DNA from: Phyllosticta citribraziliensis | Lineage: Eukaryota | Direction: 5' to 3' | Assembly: GCF_038025025.1 (NCBI RefSeq) | Contig: NW_027117341.1 | Location: 1,736,001-1,800,000 of the forward strand | DNA length: 64,000 bases | Part shown: positions 31,560-44,614 of the stretch, one piece after another | How the letters are laid out: each line of letters opens with the position of its first letter | Numbering within the stretch: position 1 is the stretch's first letter | Translations under genes and position numbers: made by a program | The notes under the pieces: generated by a model | Told to the model about the DNA's origin: nothing | The model's database searches: none | Seen by the model: only the letters and a program-made list of their open reading frames with translations

Positions 31560-33421
31560 TTAAATTATGAGCTCGCTGACTTCTTGTGCCCGCAGTTCCC
31601 CATCTGTCCGCTTGCTGATTTCGTACTTGAGCACCTCATTGTCGTGGTACATCATCAACAGTCGCCAGCGCCGTGGATGGTCTGCTGCACGTCCCAACAT
31701 GCCTTGTATCGGGCCCACCGCTATCCCCGCTAAAGACCCTACTGAACGCTGTCCCCGGCGCTCTTGCTCCAGCGTGGGAAGAATGTGGTCGATTCGACAT
31801 GCATACGTCTTGCCGCCAGGCCGAGTCGAGCTCGTTTGCGTCAGCGATAACACAGCCACTCGCCCTTTTGCCGAACCAACAATGACGACCCCTAGTTCCG
31901 GTATTTGAGCGTGCAAGTTTAACCGATCCTGGTCGAGCAACCAGAGTGCATCTTCGCCCTCTCTACACGTCTGAAAAAGAGGGTCGTGGTAAGCGACATG
32001 ATCCGACTCAATCCCACTCTTCAGCGGTTGCAATAAGATCATGTCACGAATCGACAGGAGCATTATGGGAGACGTGCTCGGAAGACCCTCACTCTCTGGG
32101 ATTTCATTCTCAAACTCATTGGTAAGCTCGCGCCTGGCCCCGAGGGTCAGCTCACCCATCGTCACATACTCTGGAAGTCCCGTCGGCGAGAAAACTTACC
32201 AGCATTGTAGCCCTCGATCCCAGAACCCGTCTTCGGGTTCCTCTGGAGGCGCACTCGGGTCGAGCCGCCAGGTCGTGCTCGAGTTGGGAACAAGAGATCT
32301 CCGTTTGCTACAGTCAAAGCAAACCTGATCCGTGCTTGATTTGGTAATCTTTGCCTCGCAGCCAAAGGCTTCTTTGAGGTTGTCAACCCGCTTAAAGGCT
32401 CGCGAGTCGAGCCAAAGGGCCCCCCATGCTGTTCTCATCCGTCAGAGCCAAGGCTTCAAACGACAGGGTGTACGTGAACTGACTTGCGTGGCAGTACTGA
32501 TGGCTGTGCTCATCCAGCGAGGGGCAGATGCAATCCAAATCGTCCCCGTAACAGGCCTGGACGCAAAACCTTGGGGCAGTCATGTGTACGCATGGGTCGA
32601 GAACGCTTCCAATCAAGGCCAGGTCGAATATTCGGGCGACGCCCTCTATGTCGGTCGTCATCAGCCATCGCCCCTCGGGATCATCAGCAGTGTTGCAGAA
32701 GGCGACGCAAGGAATATTCGTCCCAGTGTTCGGTAATTGGACCTTTCTCTGACTTGACCTGTCTCGATACCAAGGTCCAGAGGAGGGCGCATCACGGCGA
32801 TCAAGAGCAAACGCGAATACCGTCACCTTGTGGGTATTTGAGCTGACGGCAATCATGCGGGCTTCTCGGTGGACAGCTAGACCCCAGGCGCTCTTTTCCA
32901 CATGCTCCCTGAAGAATGGAGTGACGTCGTCGCCAACGTTGGTCTCGACGCAATCTGGCTCCTGGCGCTTCTCAATGGCCTGTTGGATTTGAGAGATGCG
33001 GTACCCTATCACACCACCGTTGTGTAGCGCGAGGAGAAGTATCTCCTCATTGCCCAGAAAATCAACAATCAGTTGATTGATGTACCGACCGGGTCCAAGG
33101 GGCGCTTCGTGAACGATGGGTTGGGCGTGCTCAGGCCCCGAAGGCTGGAGGATCAGGGTGGGATCCGAGTCTAACCTCTGGTCGGGAAAGTTTGGCTGGT
33201 ACACGAAGATTTCGCTCCGTCCGGCGACAAAGTACAGGTTTTCGGTGTGCGACAGAGCTGTCTATGGAAAATCGTTAGCTCAAGTGGTTGACATGGGGAT
33301 CGAGAATGCTCGCCAGATTGCATCGCCAGGTCACGAGGTATGGAGGAGGCGCAAAAGCTGGGTGGGTGAAGTGACTGCGGGGGAGAGATGTGATGGGAGT
33401 GACGGCAATGTCGTTGGCCAT
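31560..33421 (-). CDS. CRT10: CRT10-family protein, multi-exon
   Basis: WRCNL|TALSHTENLYFVA, INQLIVDFLGNEEILL, SAWGLAVH..IAVSSN, NIPCVAF, WGALWLD, IPELGVVIVGSAKGRVAV, RWRLLMMYHD. Confidence 0.82.
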
Positions 33422-33860
33422 GGTCAGCGAGGCGGCGGGTCGCAGAGTTTAGCTATACGGGCGTTGGCGGCGGTTAGGATTGGAGAATATGGCGCGCAGC
33501 ATTTCGCAACGAGAGAGGTCGAGGAAGAGGGCTGGCAATGGGGAGAGGTCAGAAGTTACCGAGTAAGATGGCGTTGAGGTGCGAAAAGGAACCAAGCAAT
33601 TGAAGTGCCCCGCCATGGCATGGGTGCCTATCGATATTGACGTCGCCGCCACCCGCCTCAGGTTCCGACCGCAACACTTTTTGTCTTTTCCTAGCAGAAG
33701 CTCCTCCTTCCACCAACTTCTTTTCATCTTCGTCCTGGGAACCTCCACCGCTCGCTCAGCCTCGCTCCTATCCTCCTCGGTCGTTTCAAACAGCTCCCAC
33801 GCCCGAGCTACCACCCGATTCGGCGCACGCGAAGCGAACAAGTCCACCATATCCATCGCA

Positions 33861-36282
33861 ATGGAGGCCCGCCGCATCTCCGACACCGAGTCGGCTGCTG
33901 GCGACATTAAGCTCACTAATCGGCTCAGTGAGAGTAGAAGCCCCTATGTAGGAACGCCAGCTTGGGAAGATTGAATGTTTTGGGAAGAGCGGACGGTTGA
34001 CAGACATATCAAGGTGCGCGGCCACATGAACAACCCCGTCGCATGGCAGTTGTGGGGTCCGGATGCTATAGCGCTTGCAAAGAAGACAAACCGCCTGCTC
34101 TTTGTGAGCATTGGATATGCTGCTTGCCACTGTGAGCCATGCCGTCAACCTAGACGTTGATCGATGCCTGACCATCTTCCTCTCAGGGTGCCACGTTATG
34201 GAGCGCGAATCGTTCGAGAACCAAGATATAGCACGAGTCCTGAACAAATACTACATTCCAATCAAGGTCGACCGCGAAGAGAGACCCGACGTCGACCGCA
34301 TATACATGAACTACGTGCAAGCTACGACCGGCTCGGGCGGATGGCCCCTGAACGTGTTCCTCACGCCGGACCTGGAGCCCATCTTTGGAGGCACCTATTT
34401 CCCTGGGCCGGCATCGACTGCCGTCATGGGAGAACAGCCCGGGTTCCTCGAAATTTTGGAAAAGGTTAGGGAGGCCTGGCAGAATCAGCGGCAGCGGTGT
34501 TTGGACTCGGCTCGAGAAATTACGGCTCAGTTGCGCGAGTTCGCACAGGAGGGTCTCATCAGCAAGAGCGGCGAAGGCGAAGCCGGCGATGGACTAGACA
34601 TTGAACTGCTTGAAGAAGCATACTCCCACTTTGCCGCCAAGTACGACACGGAGTTCGCAGGATTTGGAAAGGCTCCCAAGTTCCCAACGCCGGCGAACTT
34701 GTCTTTTCTATTGCGGCTTGCACAGTACCCTGACGCTGTCGAGGCCATAGTCGGCGACAAAGAGTGTCAGAATGCCCAGGTGATGGCTGTAGATACCCTA
34801 AAGGCCATGGCGCGCGGAGGCATTCACGATCAGATTGGACATGGCTTTGCTCGGTACTCGGTGACACGGGATTGGAGTCTGCCGCACTTTGAAAAGATGT
34901 AAGTTCTGCCCGGCAACTATTTTGGAGGGAAAAGATTGACGACTGGCAGGCTTTACGACCAAGCGCAACTTCTTCCCGCTTACTTGGACGCATATATCGT
35001 CACTAAAGACCCGGAACTGCTTGCTGCTGCTCACGACATTGCAACATACCTGACGAGCCCTCCAATGCAGAATCCGACCGGTGGCTTCTTTTCTGCAGAG
35101 GATGCAGACTCTCTTTACCGGCCAAACGACAAGGAGAAGCGTGAAGGAGCATTCTACGTTTGGACGCGCAAGGAGTTCAAAACTATCCTGGGCGAGCGCG
35201 ACGCCGAAGTCTGCGCCAAGTATTACAATGTGCGCGAGAATGGCAACGTCAGTCCAGAGCACGATGCTCACGACGAGCTCATCAACCAAAACGTGCTGGC
35301 CATTAGCTCGACCCCTGAAGCGCTCGCCAAAGAATTCGGCCTCTCCAAGGACGAGGTTCTCAAGATACTGGAGACGGGTCGCGCCAAGCTGCTCGAGCAC
35401 CGCAACAAGGAGCGGCCTCGTCCCAGCCTGGACGACAAGATTGTCGTGTCGTGGAATGGTCTTGCGATTGGAGCCCTGGCGCGCTTCAGCGCTTTCCTCG
35501 AGGCCAACGGCGACGCGGACAAGGCCGCACACTACCGCAAAGCGGCTCTCGCCGCCGTCGACTTCATCAAGCGCGAGCTCTACGACTCCAATACGGGCAC
35601 CATGAAGCGCGTATACCGCGAAGGGCCGGGCGACGCACCTGCCTTCGCCGACGACTACGCCTTTTTGATCTCGGGACTCCTCGACCTCTACGAAGCCACC
35701 TTCGATGACGCACACCTCGAGCTCGCCGACCAGCTGCAACGCACACAGCTCTCGCTCTTCTGGGACAGCAGCGCGGGCGGCTTCTTCTCGACGGCGCCCG
35801 CCCAGCCCGACCTGATCCTGCGCCTCAAGGACGGCATGGACAACGCCGAGCCCAGCACCAACGGCGTGGCCGCCCTCAACCTGCACCGCCTGGCCGCGCT
35901 GCTCGACGACGCCGACTACGCCGCCAACGCCCGCGCCACCGCCGACGCCTTCGAGGCCGAACTCATGCAGCATCCGTTCCTCTTCGCCAGCCTGCTGCGC
36001 GCCGTCGTCGCCGTGCGCCTCGGCGTCCGCTGCGTCGTCGTCTCTGGCTCCGGCACCAACGTTGACGCTGCCGTCGCCAGGGCTCGCTCGCGCGTCCCGA
36101 CGACTGCCGTCATTGCGCGCGTCGGCGCAGGCGCGGTGCGCAGCGAGTGGCTAAAGCAGCGGAACGGCTTGTTGAGGCAGCTGGATGCGGCGGAGCCGCG
36201 CGTGCAGGTCTGCGAGGGTGGTGTGTGCAAGGACGAGTTGGACATGACGGATGTGGATGAGGCGCTGAGGGCGGTGCGGTGA
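33861..36282 (+). CDS. YyaL/SPATA20 (DUF255 thioredoxin-like + six-hairpin) protein, 3 introns
   Basis: NRLSESRSPY|VRGHMNNPVAW, IGYAACH|WCHVMERESF, IKVDREERPDVD, GGWPLNVFLTP, APKFP, PHFEKM|LYDQ, DDKIVVSWNGL. Confidence 0.93.
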
Positions 36283-36660
36283 TGAGGGGTATCTATAGAG
36301 ATTTCCTTGGGCGCTTCGTATGTGTTCGTCTGTCCGTCAGTTGGATCGAGTAGATGTACGCAGCGGGTGTTGTTGGGATGCCTTGCTGGTTTGTTGTGTA
36401 TATGAGATGGTACAATCCGAGCATAAACGATTTATTTCTGTCGAGTCCTTCATTCAGGCGATGATGGACTATTCAGTGACCATTAAATTGCGATTGAAGT
36501 GATGGTGGTGAGCATGTCGATACATTTATTCATGACTGAACAGCTGAAGCTGGGAAACTCAAGGGGTATATTGCGCAAACTGCCTACACAAGCATGCATA
36601 CAGTCCACAAATGTACAAAACGCAAACAAGAATAAAGAACGCCACTTGAACCTCGACCTA

Positions 36661-38351
36661 CTACCGCGAATCGACGCTATTCGCCTCCTTCGACTCGACC
36701 ATCTTCTCAAAATTGCCATCAGCGCTGGAGCTCTCATTGACCGGCATGCCCTTGACGACGCCGACACTCGGGGGATCGACGCCGGTCGGGACGGGGGGCC
36801 CGGTGAACTCCTTGCGGCCGCGGATGAGGTACCAGACGAGGGAGATGAGGCCGAAGCCGACGAAGACGACGCTGGCGTAGTTCATGCTGGAGGCGTCGAC
36901 GGGCAGGGTCGACGGCATGCAGAAGAGCACGATGGCGAAGAGCACCCACGCGATGGTCAGCACGTTGATGGCGTAGCCGAAGCGGCCGAGCGAGAAGGAC
37001 GAGTGCCGCACGGCGCGGCGGCCGCGCAGCACCGAGACGAGGATGGGCCCGCCGTAGGAGGCCGAGAGGCAGATGGTTGCTACGCCCGTGAAGCTGTTGA
37101 AGGCGGCGCTGGAGCCGAAGTAGATCAGCCCCAGCAGGCAGTCGACCAGCGTGGAGAGGATGAGGCCCCACAGCGGCACGCCGAGGCGGTCGTCGACGCG
37201 CGACCACAGGCGCGAGCCGGGGATGGCGCCGTCGCGCGCAAAGGCGTACGTGCAGCGGCTTGCGGCTGTGAGGGCGCCGACGCCCGAGAAGAAGAGGATG
37301 CCCAGCAGGATGAACAGCAGGCCGAAGCCGCCACCCGCGCTGCCGGTCACGATCTTGAAGACCAGCCCGATGGGCTGCCCGTTGGCCACGTTGAGCAGCG
37401 TCGCCACGTCCGGCAGCACGAAGAGGACTGGCACGAGGTAGATGACTCCCGTCACGCCGGCTGCAGCCACGGAGAGCACGATGGCCTTGGGGACTTCGCG
37501 CTCGGGGCTCTGCACTTCTTCACACATGGCTGCTACCATGCCGTACCCAGTGAGGGTGTATCCGGCCTGCAGCAGTCCGACGAAGAACGCCCATCCAGAC
37601 GGCCTGACAACTTGGTTAGTCGATTGTTTCGCCCAGAGATTCTAGTTTCAACGTACCATCCACTTGCAGAGGCGTCGTAGTGAGCAAAAACGAATTCGCC
37701 ACTCCGTCTCGAGTCGGCCATGGTTAGCACCGTGATCATAATAACCAAGACTCCGGCTCCCGTCCAATAAATGCAAATCTTGTTGATCAGATCCAGATAC
37801 TTTGCGCCAAAGACATTGACCAAAAAGGCAATGAGCATGACGGCCCAGAACATGAGCACCGTCTGGTACGTGTTGGCGACAAAATCCTCGTTCCACAGGC
37901 TAATGGCGCTCAGGATCAACTGAGCGCCAGAGAAGTTGATGCTGCACGTGACGGTCCAGTTGCCAACCAGCGTCAACCATCCCACGATCCAGGAAGAAAT
38001 GGGCGCCCACTCCTTGGGCGCCAGCATGGCAGCCCAGTAGTAGACGCCTCCGGCCGTGGGGTAGACGGCGCAGATTTCTGCCAGACTGGCGGCAATGGCC
38101 AGCGAAATGAGCGAGACGAGCACCCATCCCCAGAGAATGGTGACGGACTGGCCGTCGGCCAGGCCAATGTACATCATGGTACTGAGGCCAAAGGGGACGG
38201 CCATGATGGCAAAGGACATGCCCAGGATGGACATCATGCTCAGGTTCCGCGGCAGCTCGGCCTTGTAGCCCATCTGCTCCAGGGCGGCGTTGGCCGAGGC
38301 CTCGACGACAGAGGCATTGCGCGCGGAACCATGTGTGGATTCGGGGCGCAT
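36661..38351 (-). CDS. Amino acid/GABA/choline permease (APC superfamily, ACT family), 1 intron
   Basis: LEQMGYKAELPRNLSMMSILG, SLAEICAVYPTAGGVYYW, MCEEVQSPEREVPKAI, SRCTYAFARDGAIP, MNYASVV. Confidence 0.92.
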
Positions 38352-39842
38352 GGCGGAGAGGTGGCGGAGGTGGTTGAGCACCGGCGGCTTTGCGGAGGCG
38401 GCGTCGTGGGCGAGGAGGTGGTTTACGGCAGAGGAAGAAAGTTGGTAAGCGTCCTCTGGGCGCGGATCCAGTCAGCATTGTCAAGGAAGGACTGGAGGCT
38501 CTGCAATTTAAACGGCTGGCCAAGTGGGCTGCGGTGACTACAGTACCCACAGTCTGCGAGCAAACGGAACAGAGTCGGAAGGGAGAGGGCCACTCACACG
38601 TCGCGACGGGATGAGTGGTGCTGCGCACGCACAAAGATGAGCAGGGCAGAGAGGTGGCAGGGCAGAGGCAAGCCATGGAGGCGGATTCGCGGGCTACATA
38701 ATATTCGGACTTGGTGTCTCGAGGCCTATGTCGGCGAAATGGGACGGCTTAGGCGGGGGACGACGCTGTCTGTGGGCGATTGCCGGTCGACGCCAGGAAA
38801 CGTGTGGGGGGGCGGCGATAAGCTATGTAACATTGAACCTGGACTGGAGGACGGACGCTAATAGACGCGACTCATCCCGCATCGTTCGCCGCCTTGTTGG
38901 TTTTTGTTGCTTCATCTTTTCGTCTGAACTTTTGCTTCTCGGGTTTTTTGGTTCCTTTCGTCTGCGGTGCCCATGGCGGCGCAACTCGTCGCCTGAGCGG
39001 CAACTCTCTTCCGGCCATGTACGGAGACTTGGCCGGGTGTCGTCGCGTTGACTCGCGGTACCTCTGCTATCTGTCCTCGATGCGGAGGTGATACGGGCCA
39101 TTGCCTATCAAAGACAGCAGGAGCGTGCCTGATCAAAGCCAATTTTGATACCAGCATTTCCTAACACCCTTAGGTAAAGCCAGTCGTCCATGACTTCATA
39201 GCATGCGATCAGTTTCCGCTTCTGCTGAGCGTGGTCGACGGGGGGTCCCGATCGTCTTGATGGCTTGGCGCGGAGAAGATGCATCGTCTTTGCGGGGACG
39301 GCCAAGACATGGCATCCAAATGCTCAACGCTGTCTCGGTCGTGTGGATGCGACTGTCTGTACGAAGGCGGCCGGTGATTTGACCGCTGGCTTGCAGAGTC
39401 TCGAGCAATGCGGTAGCTGGTCCGTGACGATGACATTGGCGACGAAGAAGCGAATCGAAGGCAGCGAATGAATGAGTGTAATAACTCCAGCTTGAATCGG
39501 ATTTGATAGAAGCGTGCCGTCCCTGCATGGCGGATGCAATATATTCCGACGAGGTTAATTCGACTTCATCTCGTGCGTGTTGGATCGATCCATGCCCTGC
39601 CTTGCCTGCCTGGCCGCGGTGACGGAACGCCATCAATTCTGCCGCCCCCCACCGCCTCCTTCCAACGCGGCCGAAGCTCGAGCTCAACCTAGACAGACCT
39701 ACACGTCCATACACAACATCAACTCTCGCCATCTCCACCGTCTACCCTTCATTTTCGCGGCCATTCTCAGCTCGGCCGTCCCCCCTCCGACCCAACGTCC
39801 TCCACCTAGCCTCCACCGCGCCCGCCTCGCTGACAGCCCAGC

Positions 39843-41127
39843 ATGCCCGCCACAACCGCCGAGACCTTGTCACTGGTCCAGCGGACCGTCTCCGTCGCGC
39901 CTCTGGTTCTCTTATCGGCAGCAGATCACTACGGACGCACGGCCAAGGGCACAAAGAAGCGGGTAGTCGGCGTGCTGTTGGGACAAAACGATGGCAAGAA
40001 CGTGAGGGTATCAAACAGCTTTGCGGGTAAGCACCAGACCACCACCAGCTTGCGGTCGCAACTTCAGGACGCACGCCGCTGACGCCGCCATTTCTGCAGT
40101 CCCCTTTGAGGAAGATGAGAAGGACCCGTCCGTGTGGTTCTTGGACCACAGCTACGTCGAGGCGATGAACGACATGTTCAAAAAGGTCAACGCGCGGGAG
40201 AAGCTCATCGGCTGGTACCATTCGGGCCCCAAGCTGCGGGCGTCGGATCTGGAAATCAACGAGCTGTTCAAGAGATACACGCCGAATCCGCTGCTCGTCA
40301 TCATCGACGTGCAACCCAAGGAGGTGGGCGTGCCGACGGACGCGTACTTTGCAGTGGAGGAGATCAAGGATGTGAGAGCAACACCCTTCCCGCGGCGGCA
40401 ACATCATCATCAGGAAAGCTAACATGCATTGGTACGACAGGACGGCACGACGACAACCAAGACGTTTGTGCACACGCCGTCGATAATCGAGGCCGAGGAG
40501 GCCGAGGAAATCGGCGTCGAGCACCTGCTGCGCGACATCCGCGACGTGGCCGTGGGCACGCTGTCGACGCGCATAACATCGCAGCTGCAGTCGCTGCAGG
40601 GCCTGCACCTGCGCCTGCGCGACATCGGCACGTACCTGCAAAAGGTGCTCGACGGCGACCTGCCCATCAACCACGCCATCCTGGGCAACCTGCAAGACGT
40701 GTTCAACCTGCTGCCGAACCTGTCGGCGCCCAAGATTGCGGCCGTGGCAGGGACCGCGGCGCCCCCAGCGGGCCCCGACGCTGACAGCGACCTTGCGCGC
40801 GCCATGAGCGTCAAGACGAACGACCAGCTCATGACCATCTACCTCAGCAGCTTGATCCGCGCCATCACGGCCTTCCACGACCTCATCGAGAACAAGATCC
40901 AGAACAAGCAGCAGGAGGAGGACAAGGAGAACGCGAGCGCGGCCAAGGAGGCGGCGGCCGCCGCCAAGCAAAAGGACGGCAAGGACGGCGGCGAGAAGCA
41001 GGCCAACGGCACGTCGTCCAACGGCCCGCTGTTGAACGGCGAGGACAAGGACAAGGATGCTGGCGGCGCTGGTGGGAAGGGGCCGGATAAGGGGAAGAGC
41101 AAGGACGCGGAGGGCAAGAAGAAATAA
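39843..41127 (+). CDS. RPN8: 26S proteasome regulatory subunit Rpn8 (MPN), 2 introns
   Basis: [76 protein letters not shown]. Confidence 0.97.
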
Positions 41128-41828
41128 TCGAAGCTGCACTGAGGGAGAAGGAGGGCGGCGATGATGATGGCGGCCGTATCGAGTGTGCCGTGGTGGGTTG
41201 CTGCATAGCAGATCAGAGCAGAGCAGAGCAGAGCAGTGGCGAGATAGAAAGGCTGGCTGGCTAGCTGCCCTTTCCAACGTACACTGCAATCCTACATACG
41301 ACATTTAAAACATCATACCACCCTACCGCCGTGATGTGACTCGCTTTCCCTCCGCCCCCCCCCCTCTTTCGCCCCGTCCATCTCCATCATTTCATCACGC
41401 ATCCTCTTGCCTCTTGGCTCTGTTGTAATGGGATAGGGAGTTTTTTTTTCTTTCTGGCAGAGGAAGCCGTGAAAATGGCAACGCCTAGGGTGAATGCAGT
41501 GGATGATGATGGGTAAGTAGGCATGTGTAAGTACCTAGGTAGGTAAGAGTGGTCACTCATATTACCCCCCGGTGATATGGCTGGAGGTCCAGGTACTTGG
41601 CATGTTTGTATGAATGGTGCAGCAGTGAGTGTGGCTTTCACTAAAAGGGGGGTTTAGGTGTGTTGGTGTGTTGGTATGTAGGACCATAGTTGTTGCTTTT
41701 ATTTGAAGTCTTGTTTTGATGTAGTGTCTGTGGGTATATTTTATCTCTCTCTCTCTCTCTCGCTCCCCCCCCCTGGCCTTCAACCCCCTTATCCCTCTAC
41801 CACCAACCCAGCGAACCCTCTCCGTTTA

Positions 41829-43964
41829 TCACAGTCCACCCCACCCCGCCGCCCACCCCGCCGCCTCAGCAGCGCTGACGGCGCGCTGCGGCACCAGGCC
41901 GGCATCACCTTCACCTTCATCCACATCACCTGCATCGCCAACACCAAACAATGCCGGCGCCCTCTCCACCAGCAAGCAAGCGAGCAGGTGTTTGCACACG
42001 GGCGGTAGAGTTTCTGTCTGTACGTCCGAACCGCCGTTCGCACAGCGCAGGAGGAGGAGGCCGCCGAACTGCCAGGACGACGGTGACGACGACTTAACAT
42101 CTGGGGGCGCGGCAGAAGCAGAAGGATTGGTAGCAGTGGTAGGAAGATTGGTGCCAGAAGCAGCAGCCGCCGCCGCCGCCGGAGGAAACGCAGCAAACGC
42201 ATACGCCGGACACGTGCAATGCCAAGCGGCGAGGCGGACTTCGTAGACGGGCAGCGTTTCTGGCGCACCACTGCTACCACTGGCCCCATTACCACTCACA
42301 CCACTCGTGCTCGCACCCGCGCCGCGGCGGCGGCGGTGGTAGTGGTAGTGGTGACTGTGGTGTGTGCTGGCATTGGAAGACGCCGACGCGGTGGAGGCGG
42401 AGCGCACGTAGAAGACTGCTTGGGTTTCTTGGGGGGCTTCTTGGGGTGTTTCTGGGTGCTGCTTGGGCTTGGGGGACGGGTTGGTTTGGGGGAGTGGATG
42501 CGGGGGAGGGATTTCGATGTCTTGGTCCACATCTTGGTCCTGGCCGCGATCAGCATGTCGCTGGTCATGCTGGTGGTGGTGGTGGTGCGATGGCGATGTC
42601 GATTCAACGTGCTCAGTAGCTCCGTGTGCTGCCGCTGAGCTCCCGCCAGCACGCTTCCCCTCGTGATGGTGGTGGTGGTTGTCGTCGTCGTCGTCATCGC
42701 CGTCACAGCAAGCGCTCGCGTCAGCGCTTACGCCTCGTCTCGCCATCTGCTGCTGCTGCCGCTGCCGCGAGCGACGAGGCGACAATGGCGCAACGGCCAA
42801 ACCGCCGGCGCTTGCAAGAGCAGCCTTCGATTGCGTCGTCTGCCCACCACCATGACCACCATCGCCATGCTCGCGAGCCACGGCCGCCAGATTGCGAGCT
42901 CCGACGTCATCGTCTTCAGCTATTGTTTTAGACGCTGCCGCGCTCGTGCTAGCGATTGCGACAGCGAGCGGCGGTCCCTGGCGCTGCGCTGCTGATTCTG
43001 CTACGATGGCTTCGTCGAGACCCTGGTTTTGGTGACCCTGACCCTGGTCCTGGACGTGGCTCTGGCCCTGGCCCTGACACCTGGCAGCTTCAGCAGCAGC
43101 AGCAGCGAGCGCAGCAGCATCGACATCCGCCGGTGAACGGCCAGTCGCGTCATCATCCCTCCCTTCACCACCACCCCCATTGCCCGCCGCGGGCAAGAAG
43201 ACGTGGCCGTGTCCGGATATGGAAGCGGCCGGGGCCGTGGCAGTGTCTTCAGGTTGATGAGGATGAGGGTGCGCCGTCGTCGTCGTTGGACGCTCGGCGG
43301 CAGCGGCAGCGGCAGCGATGCTGCCAGTCACTCCGGTGGCGGTGCTATTCTTGTCGGTCGCGGCAGCGCCGCGGCGGGCATCCGAAGACGAGTTGCCGGA
43401 CAAGTTGTTGCCGTTGCCATTGGGCGCCTGACGGCCGCGGCGGGCATGTCGCGACGGTGACGTCTGTTCGTCCTCTGCGGCCTGCGCTTCGTCGTCGCCA
43501 GGCTGCAGTCGCTGCTGCTGCTGCTCGGTTGTTGACGTATCGGCCTCTCCACGTGCGCGCGCCGCGGGCCCTGTGGGTTTCGCTTCTCTCGGCCCGCTTG
43601 GTGCGGTGGTGGAGGTCGCTGACTGCTGTGGCGGCGGTGGAGCACCCGCTTGACGATGATGATGACTGATTACTACCCGCGTCACTAAGCGCCGGTCCAG
43701 CAGGTCCAGCGCCGGCAGCAGCTCGTTGGGGAACAGCACGTGCAGCGTCAAGAAGATGCCGCGTTGCGCGCCTGGTTGCAGATCGCGGAGCGGATTGAGG
43801 ATGTTATTGCTGCTGCTGGTGCTTGACAGGGCCGCCGGTTTGCTGCTGTCATCGTTGCTGTTATTCCTGTTGGGTTTGTCGTGGCCGGCCGTGGCCGCTG
43901 GCAGCGACGAGAATAGGTCCGTCAACAGGGCGCGCGCCGATGGTAAGTGTTGAGGTCCAGACAT
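41829..43964 (-). CDS. SWS1: SWIM zinc-finger protein (Sws1/ZSWIM7-like) with a large low-complexity insert
   Basis: LTLHVLFPNELLPALDLLDRRLVTR; FYVRSAS; YEVRLAAWHCTCPAYAF...CKHLLAC SWIM motif. Confidence 0.75.
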   Translation of the reverse strand: MSGPQHLPSARALLTDLFSSLPAATAGHDKPNRNNSNDDSSKPAALSSTSSSNNILNPLRDLQPGAQRGIFLTLHVLFPNELLPALDLLDRRLVTRVVISHHHRQAGAPPPPQQSATSTTAPSGPREAKPTGPAARARGEADTSTTEQQQQRLQPGDDEAQAAEDEQTSPSRHARRGRQAPNGNGNNLSGNSSSDARRGAAATDKNSTATGVTGSIAAAAAAAERPTTTTAHPHPHQPEDTATAPAASISGHGHVFLPAAGNGGGGEGRDDDATGRSPADVDAAALAAAAAEAARCQGQGQSHVQDQGQGHQNQGLDEAIVAESAAQRQGPPLAVAIASTSAAASKTIAEDDDVGARNLAAVAREHGDGGHGGGQTTQSKAALASAGGLAVAPLSPRRSRQRQQQQMARRGVSADASACCDGDDDDDDNHHHHHEGKRAGGSSAAAHGATEHVESTSPSHHHHHQHDQRHADRGQDQDVDQDIEIPPPHPLPQTNPSPKPKQHPETPQEAPQETQAVFYVRSASTASASSNASTHHSHHYHYHRRRRGAGASTSGVSGNGASGSSGAPETLPVYEVRLAAWHCTCPAYAFAAFPPAAAAAAASGTNLPTTATNPSASAAPPDVKSSSPSSWQFGGLLLLRCANGGSDVQTETLPPVCKHLLACLLVERAPALFGVGDAGDVDEGEGDAGLVPQRAVSAAEAAGWAAGWGGL

Positions 43965-44614
43965 GGTGGTCGGCTCGGCATGACTGATCAGGAAGATCTA
44001 TTTTTTTTTTTTTTTTTTCTCGTGGCTTTTTTCGGACAAAAAGTGGACGGTTCGTCGGCAAGGCTGGGCAAGGCTCAACCTTGATGTCTTTGTCCTCTGT
44101 GGCGGCGGGCTGGCTGGACGCGTGCGACGAGGGCCGAGTCGAGCGGGTTCTGGTGACGCCGAACGTTGGAAGTTGGGGTGGCGGCGGAGCAGGCGGAGCG
44201 GACATGGTGGTGCAACACACGTGACCCCAATGCCACTCCATGCCCCTTTGGGCCAACCCCTCAATTCACCCTGGAGCAATGCGGATCGCCGGTCACAAGG
44301 AGCCGTCTTGACAAGCGAAGGCGAGCGAAAGCAGGAGTACATGTTCATTGTTTCACGTTTCTGGAGGGCCTGGAGCCGTCCAGCCTACGGATGGAAGCCG
44401 TCCGATGACGACGGCCGGCTTCGCCATGTCAAGGCATTATTTACGGTGATGTGCATACGTCGTCTCAAGGGAAGGCTCCCGCCCATCACGCGACGAGTGC
44501 TACCCTTTTGGCCGTGCCTGCATCCAGCTAGCTGCAAAACGCGGCCAGCTGCAGGAACATCCTTTGGAGGCAGGCAGGCCAGCAGGTCATGCGTCGCCAC
44601 CCACCTCCGCCGAT

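Noticed and set aside
39125..39165. CCTGATC...ATACCAGC resembling a TPP riboswitch upstream of the permease
   Set aside because: Wrong strand relative to the permease, wrong spacing, and no upstream CTGAGA element or closing stems.
34798..41304. Long antisense ORFs (34798-35973, 36499-37680, 39742-41304)
   Set aside because: Shadow frames of GC3-rich real genes on the opposite strand.
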